From Mytilus californianus (lineage: Eukaryota), in assembly GCF_021869535.1 (NCBI RefSeq), contig NW_026262690.1:46376001-46440000 (forward strand): a DNA stretch of 64,000 nucleotides, in the 5' to 3' direction. The notes below the pieces were generated by a model. The model did no database searches and was not told the origin of the DNA. It saw nothing but the letters and a program-made list of their open reading frames with translations. The position numbers and the translations under genes were made by a program. This document shows, piece after piece, positions 23,995 through 64,000 of this stretch (position 1 is its first letter; each line of letters begins with the position of its first letter).

Positions 23995-26060
23995 ATTTGT
24001 GACACAATATCCAACTGACCAAAGTTTTACGGATGCAATTTTCCCTTTCTATCTGCTATATATTACCAATATAATATATCTGTAGGTAATATACAGTTAT
24101 CAAGTAATTTAAATCCTTTGATGAAAGTGATTCTTCTACTGACTACGATAATTTGTCTATCTGTTTAAATACAACAGTGATAAGTTTGTACGGGTGCCAA
24201 GAGGTGTTGACAATGTAAAAGCTCAGAACGACTGTAAATTTAAATGTAACTGAAAGTTGGTCAAGTTATGTGTTATAAAATAACCACGTTTTCTGTATCA
24301 ACAAGTTTGCCTAATAATTGCTTATTCCCCAAATCAGATTTATCAATTCACATGGATATGGTTCTTCCCAGTCTTTACAATATTCCAATAGAACTAGAAA
24401 TTGAGAAGAGTTCTAAACCTTTCTGTTAGATACGAGCTAATTCAACGATTATAAAAAATGTAACTGTTAGATGTGAAAACTCTGATGAATGATACCAGGA
24501 ATCGAACATTTCTATTTGGAAAGTCCAACTTCCTGGTGGATATGTGTTTTGGAAAGAGACCAATCGAACAGAAATGATATTTCAACTTGCTTACATCTTT
24601 ATTTCTTACCACGAGTCACATGTTTGTTACAACTTTACATGTATGCGGAAAGACATTTATTTCAGCGTGCTTTCTGGTTAGAGTTTGGTGGTTGTCTTTC
24701 CTGCAACACACGGTATTGTGGGTGAAATTTTGGTATAATTTTTCTGACGACGACGGCGGCGTTAATAATTTGCAGATACTCTTATATCCCCATGTTATCT
24801 AGGTTAAGAAATGTACAAAAGTGGTTCATCGCGAGACCTTGTCACCATTCATTGTCACCTGATATTGACCTCATTTTCACGACCTATCGGTCAGATTAAA
24901 TATCCAGTCTTCAATTTATCTCTCATGTGTACTTACAAAATAAATCGTGAAAAAATTAAGGCGAAGATGTTTAACGAAGTCATTTCAATTTGTTTTCTTC
25001 TTAAAATAAGATATTTGTCAGATGTTGAACGTGTCTTATTGAAACCCATTGCATATTACTATCACAGCAATCAACGCCAGTTTTCCATTTTGGTATGAAA
25101 AAAACAGCATATGCCTCAGTGACCCACTGTATTGAGTGAAATTATTTATTTCTCCGAGGGATTAAACGAATTAAATAAACTCTTTGCAGTTGATATCTGT
25201 GTAACTTAACTAATGGCCATAATTGTTCTTCCAATCGAACACTTTTGGTTTATCTGAAATTATTTTGTTTTTATTTTCCAAACAAAACATAAGAGACAAA
25301 GTTAGCAGTTGATTGTCAATGAGACACCTTTCCACCAGAGTCAAAATGATGTGGATGTAAGCAACAATAGGTCAGCGAACGACTATCAACAATGAGCAAA
25401 ACCAATACTGTATAGTCGGCTATAAAAGGCCCCGACATGACAAATTATGAAACAGTCTAAACGAAACGAGAAAACCAACGGTCTGATTTATGACAAAACA
25501 ATTAACGAAAAAACAAATATGACAGACAGCAATTATCGACAACAACTCAATTCCAGGCTCCTCGCCTTGGACAGGCACATAAAGAATGCAAAGGGCTAAA
25601 CATGTTTGTGAGCGCCCAATCCTCCTATAACCCAGGAAAGTGGTGTAACTAGACGATTTGTTTATGTTTTGATCTTATAAAAACAAGAGGATGTGGTATG
25701 ATTGCCAATAAGACAACTATCCAGAGTTCAAATGACTTAGACAGTTTTGGGTTTCAATCCTAGACGGGTTTAGCTTTTTTGTTAAGGTCATTTGATTTCA
25801 AGTTTCAGAACGTTTTATGTATTTTAATGATACTAAATTTTTAATCTTGCACTAATTGAAAATAGATTTTTTCAAAAACGAGGTCTGGTGACAGTAAAGA
25901 AAGATGTAAAAAAAGGTTTTGGTAAATTTTTTTATGAAAAAGTTTTTTTTTATTTCAATCTAGGCACATGGTGATGTTTCAAACTAGAAACTGTCCTCGA
26001 CAATAGTTGTCTTGGTGTTAATATTAATAACTTTTAAAAAGTTCTTTTTGTGTCACAACA

Positions 26061-26478
26061 TGTCCACACTTAAGGTACGTTCAGCTTGTCCACACTGAAG
26101 GTATGTACAGCTTGTCCACACTGAAGGTACGTTCAGCTTGTCCACACTGAATGTATGTATAGCTTGTCCACACTGAAGGTATGTACAGCTTGTCCACACT
26201 GAATGTATGTATAGCTTGTCCACACTGAAGGTATGTACAGCTTGTCCACACTGAAGGTACGTTCAGCTTGTCCACACTGAAGGTATGTACAGCTTGTCCA
26301 CACTGAAGGTACGTTCAGCTTGTCCACACTGAAGGTATGTACAGCGTGTCCACACTGAAGGTACGTTCAGCTTGTCCACCCTGAAGGTATGTACAGCTTG
26401 TCCACACTGAAGGTACGTTCAGCTTGTCCACACTGAAGGTATGTACAGCTTGTCCACACTGAAGGTATGTACAGCTTG
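26061..26478. repeat. 26-bp minisatellite, 16 copies (tgtccacactgaaggtatgtacagct)
   Basis: Direct reading; it produces the 26-aa-periodic spurious ORFs at 26081-26579. Confidence 0.95.
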
Positions 26479-29400
26479 ACAAATGTTATGAACGCTGATA
26501 TTATAAAGAATGAAAAAAAAACCAGTTTAATATAAAAATAAGAAGATGTGGTATGATTGCCAATGAGACAATTCTCCACAAGACACCAAATGACATAGAA
26601 GTTTAAAACTATGGGTCACCGCACGACCTTCAAAAATGAGCAAAATCCATACCGCATAGTCAGCTATAAAAGGCCTCGAAATAAAAAATGTACAACAATT
26701 CAAAAGAGAAAACTCAGATCTACCTCCAAAAAATAAAATACAACAATTCGTGCTATGTTATATACGCTTCTTTATTTTCTATTTCTATTTTTTTCTTACT
26801 GTTTTTCTTTTTGTAATTCAATCCTTAAATGTTCAATAGTCTTGTTTTGATTTATAATTGATTTTGTGTCACTCACTTATGTACTCAATTTTCTCAACAA
26901 TAAACGAATATATTTTACTTACTTAAATGACTTCCTAGTATATAAACGATAAATACAAATGTGAAAAAATCCACTCAGTAAATATCTGTTTTTATATATA
27001 TATATTTTTGGGCTTCTTGACTAAAACTGTCAGACGACTCCCTTAAATGGTGATACTGTACAAACATTTAAAAAAAAAGGAATTATAGAAAATATTTCAT
27101 GGGGATATAACTTTTAGAAATCAGAAGATTCGAAGTGAAAGTTTGTATCATAAAATCTTAAACACCGTTTCAGTTAGAGAGCACATGACAATATCAGACG
27201 ACTTGTTTTAAGAGTGATTGTCCTTTTGTGACGAATTTAATCCTTTCTAGCGTTTTTTTCCTATTCTATTTTAATAGATTGATGGAAACTTGAAATAGTA
27301 AAAGCGATAAGCAAAACAAGATCTACAAATTAGTTGAACTGCTGAAATGGTCATTCGACTCCTTTTAAGAATTCTTGCTTTTTTTGCTATACCTTTGAAA
27401 ACAATAATAATGTAGAGAATTAGCTTTTGAAAATAACAAATGACCAGCAAGACAAGATCCACAAATCAGTAAATGACAGAAATCTGTTGTTGACCTCTCA
27501 TTGGAATTATTAGCTTTAAGTGATGATTTATATCCATTTTTGCGTTTTTGTCTTAGTAGATAGAGAGAAACTTTAAACAGTAAAAAGTACGATCAACAAG
27601 ATAACTTTATAAAGTCAGTCCAAATAGCTGAAGTCATTTCATATTCTATAGTGGTCAGTCGAATCCTTATTGGAGTTAACGCCTTTAATTAATATTTTGA
27701 CAAATTTTCCGGACATTATGTAGTTTTTTCAATAATTAGTGTGAAAAATATAATAGATAAACCGAAACTTCGAACAGCAAAAACGATCAGCAAGACAATG
27801 TCTTCACAGAAGTCAATATGACTGAAGTCGTCAATCGACTGCTTACATGAGCTGTCTCCACGAAATCACATTTTTAACCCATTTTTTTCATTTTGCCTAT
27901 CATCTTGAAAGTCTAAATGGATAGGCGAAAACCTCTGTCCAGCAGAAATGATCAACCAGACAAAATTTTAAATTGGCCCATATAGTTTACATTCAACACA
28001 AATATTTTGTAGTTGCATTGTATGTATTTTGTGCAATTATACCAGATAACCGATACCGGGTCACTGGAGCCTCTATGTTTTACACAAGTTCAACTTCGAG
28101 AGGTTAATATGACGTTGGAAAACATTTCGAGAATTACTTGTTTTAAATTTGGCACACCACCACAGCAGTCTCGTGGTAGCATGCTCGTTAAATAGAAAAG
28201 ACTAAACGGCTCGGAGTCTGACAAATGTGTCCCTAAGGTAACATCTCTTTCTGTGGAGTGATACACTGTGAGGTTGCATTTGAAAAAATTGGCTTGGTGT
28301 GTCCAGCTAGTACACCAGGGTTCATAATATTGTCACTAACATGCCATCGTCTTGAAAAAGGCTGAATAATTACGTTTCACATGCATCGATTTGTTCCTTG
28401 TTTTTTCGTATATTGAAATATAATCATACATTTGAATTATTTCCAGAAAAGAACATTTGCTTGCATCTTTTATGTCGTCTAATAGTTTAGAGAATTTAAA
28501 TTTGAGTGGTTTTGGTAGGAATGTTCATAATCACAGCTTTTCTTAATAAGTCTTAAACAAACTAAACTTAATGCTTGTAATGAGATCTAAAATAGGTAAT
28601 GTAATCAACAAGAAACGGAGTCCTAAATCCTGATGATGTACATACATTTATGAAAATGCAGTCGTAGAAAATACTCCATGGAAACATATCATTTATATAT
28701 CAGAAGATTCGAAGTAAAATTTTGAACCATAAGTCTGAAGATCCTTTAATTAAAGCATGAGCTCACACGAAGCAGATTGATCAAAACTAAAAGGAAGGAA
28801 ACCCAAGTAACCCAAATTAACATTTCAATTTGACGGGAAATTTTCGAATTCTATTGATTCTTAAGGTCAATTACTCATAAACCATTTTATGTATACACCG
28901 ACAAGTTGAAATGAAGTACTGTGTTCGCACAAGTTTTGCTCGTATGCCAGTATAAGTATACACAAATGAATTATGATCTTCCTCTTCCTACATGTATAAC
29001 ACTCTCTTCAATTGATAACCAATAAAAATTAAAAATTATTGATTGACTGGATATTTCACATTGGTTAATCGTTAATCTATAGAACTAGGAAGTCATGTAT
29101 GTAAATAAAACAGGTTCTTTGGTTGTTGAGAAAGTTAAGTAGATAAGTTGGACTAAAACGTAAAATCAATTACAAATCAAATAAAACAACACTTGCGGGT
29201 GGTATTCTAAAGCATTTAACTTTTTAAATGAGAATGATAAAACCGTAAGAAGAAAGGAAATAGAAAATAAAGAAGAGCTTATAACATGACACAACATCGC
29301 ATGAATTGTTGTATTTCAATATTGTATACTGTAAATTCATTTAAAAAGAGCCCAATATTCGTATGGATTTGGAATTCTAGAAACCTCCGAAATTTTCCGA

Positions 29401-31038
29401 ATGCATTGCTGTATTTTAATCTGTAAGGTCATTAGTGAAGAGTCAAATATTCGTATTGACCAGAAAAGTATTTTTGAAACGTCTAGACACATGCGCACTT
29501 TTTGTCTGCCGACAACAGGTTGATTTCTTTGTTTCAGACAAATTTTTGTCATGTTAGAAAATAATCCTTTCGACTTCGAGCTGACTTATTTTTTACCATC
29601 TTCACTTGAAAATGATATAAGATTATTCAATGACTGGTTCTATAGAAGGTAGACTCCTTTCTTACTGTCAGCTGACTTTAACTTATCTAGCAGACAATTT
29701 TTACAAAGAGAGGTCGACTTTAGACATTTGTAATATCATAATGTATTGTGTTTAGCAGCCCAAATGTTTAGATTTACTCGAAGAACATATTGATAACTTT
29801 TGTATGAAGATCCCTTTACTCTAATCTGGTAAAAATGGAACAGTTTAGTCTAGATTTTTTTCTTGAGTTGCCTGAGGGTTACATACATATTAGAGAACCT
29901 AATTAAATGAAATATGATTAGAGTATTGTATCATTGATCATTTGACGGATTTCATGTTAATCATTAAAACATTTTATCATATTTAAAAAGGTACTGTAAG
30001 GCGATGGATAGCAGCGTTGGTAAGTTTATCCAGTACGAATTGTTGCAGATATTTGCATAATAAAGCAATGAAAAAGGAGAAAATAAATTAAGACAGTAGT
30101 TTTATAGTGATAGGTAATCAAAATATCATTTATTAGGATATGAATTTTCGTATCTTGATTTTCTAAAGACAAGACTTTTTTAAATAGTTTACAATGTTCT
30201 CTTTCGTTTTATTCAAGATAATCATTGAACATTTAACAGTATTCGGCACGTTAGTGACTAAGGAATGGTGATAAGCTCAAAGTAGTCTATCTAAATAGAT
30301 ATAATAATTAATAAGTTGCTTCCTGTCATAAAACGTTTAAAAAACACTTTAAGTATTGATGTCTATTTACCAATGAATTATCGCTTATTTCAGTGCCTCT
30401 TAAAAGAATTTGTCATCTGCGCAGATAATTTTCCATGTAAATATTATCAAAATAGAAACCACTGTAACTGATTGGAGAAGATACCAATAAATGCGTATTA
30501 TATCCATAAATAGGTATCAATTTTCAGTGATATCAAAATAATTTTATATTTCACAATAATGTCTGTCATGGCACATACATTCATGTTAATGGCAACAGTT
30601 CCCTCTGTGGGATCATAGTTCAAATGAAAACTGAAAAAAATAAGTGGCCTCTAAAATATTTCTTTTTTTGAAGATCATTAAGTTTTCTACAGATGAAATT
30701 TCAGTCATGGTGTCTTTTGTCATCATGTTGTCCTTTACATGGATGTTTGCACAATGACAGCAAATATAAAAAAAATCCAAAGTTCCATTTTATCACTGAA
30801 AATTAAACCACTAGCCTAACGTTTTTCCTCTATGATATTTTCCTATTAAGCAAAGTCAGGATGAAGAACGACAATAAAAGAGCTGTTCCTTTGATATTAT
30901 TTATCAAACACATCCGTGTCATCTTTTTCTGTTCTACATCAATAGCAATAAACATGTTTGTTTATAGCCGATCTTTTCCTTTCCGTTGAATTTCTTCGAT
31001 TTTTTTTAAGACACGGAGCGATATAGAGCTTGAAATAA

Positions 31039-31970
31039 TGTAAAATTGAGAATGGAAATGGGGAATGTGTCAAAGAGACAACAACCCGACCATAGAGCAG
31101 ACAACAGCCGAAGGCCACCAATGGGTCTGCAATGCAGCGAGAAACTCCCGCACCCGGAGGCGTCCTTCAGCTGGCCCCTAAACAAATATGTATACTAGTT
31201 GTGTGATCCTGGACGTCATACTAAACTCCAAATTATACACAAGAAACTAAAATTAAAAATGATACAAGACTAACAAAGGCCAGAGGCTCCTGACTTGGGA
31301 CAGGCGCAAAAATGCGGCGGGGTTAAACATGTTTTTTGAGATCTCAACCCTCCCCCTATACCTCTAGCCAATGTAGAAAAAACAAACGTACAACAGTACG
31401 CACAGTAAAACTCAGTTTAAGAGAAGTCCGAGTCCGATGTCAGAATAGGAAACACAAGAAAATAAACAAAATGACAATAATACATAAATAACAACGGACT
31501 ACTAGCAGTTACTGACATGCCAGCTCCAGACCTCAATTAAACTGATTGAAAGATTATGTCTTCATCATATGAATATCAGGCACAATCCCTCCTGTTAGGG
31601 GTTTAGTATTATACCATCATAAAATATATGAGAAGAACATAACCCGTGTCATGCCAACAACTGGTTTTAGAACAAATATGTTTAATTCCGGTGCAAAGAC
31701 CCTATAAGTGAATCAATATTAAAGCCAAAATATGCAATCTTTAATGACCTGACAACAGCATCGTAACTATATCCCTTCTTAATAAGTCTGTTTAAAGGTT
31801 TTGTTAGCTTTTGAGGTGAATACTGACATTTTTGTGCTTTGTAAAGAATATTACCATAAAAGATTGGATGTGAAATACCCGAACGTATAAGATGTCTGCA
31901 TGTCGAGTTATATTTACGAATGATGTCCTTACACCGATGATAAAATTTAGTAAATGTTTTGACTAGTTTA
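31039..31970. repeat. Interspersed repeat, long copy (gtaaaattgagaatggaaatggggaatgtgtc...); a partial copy lies at about 16560-16710
   Basis: Homology between the two copies within the window. Confidence 0.7.
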
Positions 31971-33286
31971 TGATATCGAAAACTTGTATCTTGTATCTTG
32001 CACTTGTATCTGATTATTGTCGAAGACTGTATGTCTCTCCTCTTTAGTGTCGTTGGATTGCTGTCTCATTGACGTATAACCCACATTTCCTACTATTCAT
32101 ATCTTAAATGCAAATTCTGTGTACACGTATTATTTTTTTAGTATAACCTTTTGACATGCTTGATAATTTTTGGGAAGCAAATACATTAAACGATTCACCA
32201 ACACTCAGAGCGCCGAAACAGTACAGCTACTATAAACTTAGATCCTCCCTACATCAGTATTTTACAACTTAAGCCTTAAAACTACTACATATTTTACCAA
32301 CTGAAAATTTATAGTGAAAAAGTATCATTAAATTCATACAAGTACCTAACAACTGCTACGGGGTGATGTTATTCTTCGAGACTCATAGTTCATCCACAGA
32401 AGTAGTGGTATGTTACACATTTCAGTGTACTCGACAAGTGTGTCAAGTATAATCTTCATCAGATGATTTTGAACCCCAAAATATAAACGTTTTAAGAGTA
32501 TGACAACCTATATGACCCTAGAAATTGGAACAACCCGGACAAGATAATCACTGGCGTAGGAGCCGGGAGGGGGCAATGGGAACAATCCCCCCCCATTTTG
32601 GCCTACAAAATTCATTAAATATAAAAAAATAAAATGGAAGAGAACACTGACTAACTTCTAGATTATAAGACTATAGAAACTTTTGTTGTGTTTTTTGCTT
32701 GTCACTTTAGAAGTTTGCCACTACTTAAATCAGTCTGCTCCTACGCCATTGAAAATGGAACAGTAGCAAAATGTGTAACGATTTTCTGTAGCCTGAATGC
32801 AAGCAAACGAAAAAGCCTTGAAATATAATTTGCTGTCTGAACAAACATAGTTCCGTTCTTCTTTTCCTTCATTTATTATCAATAAACTGATTGTATACGA
32901 ATATGAATGGAATGTGCTCCTAACTACATTAACATGTGACTAAAAGTCAGCAGTTTTAATGCATGCATGCGTTTCTAGTGTACATGCAACAGAAAAGTAT
33001 GCTTAAACACATTTTTACAAGTGGTCAGAACCGTAGAAAAACTGCTGAACATCCTATCATGAAAACGATCCAATATATTCGCACTTGTTAAATAAATTGA
33101 AAAAGGCTACCCAATATCAATATACATGTATCTAGAAAATGCAATAAAATAACAAACGTGTAGCTTATTTACAGTGAAACAAACCAAGGCTAATAACTAT
33201 ACATAGAATAATAAATTTTTGTTCGGATACAATATAAAATGTGGTAAACAGCATATAACTATTATTAACAGTTTGTTCCGTTGTTT

Positions 33287-62934
<29,648 letters not shown>

Positions 62935-64000
62935 CTGAAAAATAAAAATGATTGTCACCAAGTATGAAATTGAAGATTGATAAATTATCGGGGGATACCA
63001 ATTTTCCTGGATTTCCCGTATAGGGTGATACATCGATTTTAAATAATAGACGACATAACGAATCTTAGCTACATTATTAAAAGTAAATAATAAAAGCACG
63101 AACTAAGGTACCGCCGAAATAGTGAGCTTTTTACGAATCAGACTTTCTACCAAGGAAATAAAGGAATCCATGGTAACACGAATATTGAAACTTGTAAATC
63201 TGGAAATATCTATCTGGGGAAGAATGATCTCTCAGAGCCATGACCGATCGGAAATATAACACTGAACGAATAAACAAAGGGAACATTTATGAACCATAAA
63301 GAAGGGGAAGCATTAGTTTAACGAAATTCAAATACAGTAAATCCTTTAGAAATTATAAATCAGATTAATAAACTTAGGTAATTGAATCAATTTCAAATGA
63401 GCGAAAGTAGATATGTTAATAGGGTGAGTTTCTACTGATAAGCATGCAAAAACCTCGATGTGACTCTAAATTCGGACAAAACTAATTTCTCAATAAGGAA
63501 TATGACATATTCTGTAAATTTACCGTTCAGACAACTATTCTGGTATCTAAAGATATAAGACGGCGAAAATATATCACTTATATCACTTATGGGATTAGAT
63601 GCGAATGGAATTTGATTCGACTGTCATACAAGTGAGAGGTTTAGCGCTATAAAACCAGGTTCAATCCACTATTTTCTACATTTGAAAATGCCTGTACCAA
63701 GTCAGGAATATGACAGTTGTTGTCCATTCGTTTGATGTGTTTTAATATTTGATTTTGCCATTTGATTAGGGACTTTCCTTTTGAATTTTCCTCGGAGTTC
63801 AGTATTTTTGTGATTTTACTTTTTAGACACAGACAATGTATCAGTCAAGCAATAAGTCGATGAAAGACAGACAGACTAAATCAGGTCAAATTAAAGGCGA
63901 AAAGATAAATAACGTTTTAACAAAAGCACTACACAATACATTAAATAAGTAAAGGAAGTACAAACTGATAGTAGAACATCCCAAAAATAAAGCCAAAATG

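Noticed and set aside
26061-26478. CRISPR array or repeat-protein ORFs (26081-26579)
   Set aside because: The units are contiguous with no unique spacers, and the ORFs are translations of a 26-bp minisatellite.

Overview
This is AT-rich, intron-rich animal genomic DNA, not prokaryotic. The repeat families and the intronless B-box/NHL genes look like a mytilid bivalve (Mytilus-type); this is my recollection, not a database result. Two related minus-strand genes in tandem dominate the window, both encoding single-pass membrane proteins. Gene A (33287-62934, 5' end beyond the window) has 26 EGF exons, a Cx7CxC juxtamembrane motif, a TM helix and a short Tyr-rich tail. Gene B (10943-23994) is complete and was reconstructed by hand as 15 coding exons, 709 aa. 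It has a signal peptide, a Dictyostelium Sib ('similar to integrin beta')-like ectodomain, 5 EGF repeats, the same Cx7CxC motif, a GxxxG TM and a PPxY tail. One 6.5-kb intron of gene A holds two convergent, intronless, RING-less TRIM-like genes (B-box, coiled coil, NHL propeller). One EGF exon of gene A has a GA instead of a GT donor. The rest is repeats: a decayed DIRS/Ngaro-type tyrosine recombinase, Helentron-type HINEs (one nested in a copy of itself), tRNA-derived SINEs, a TTAA-flanked TIR element, a long-hairpin element and minisatellites. No rRNA, true tRNA or CRISPR was found. All exon coordinates and translations were read manually.
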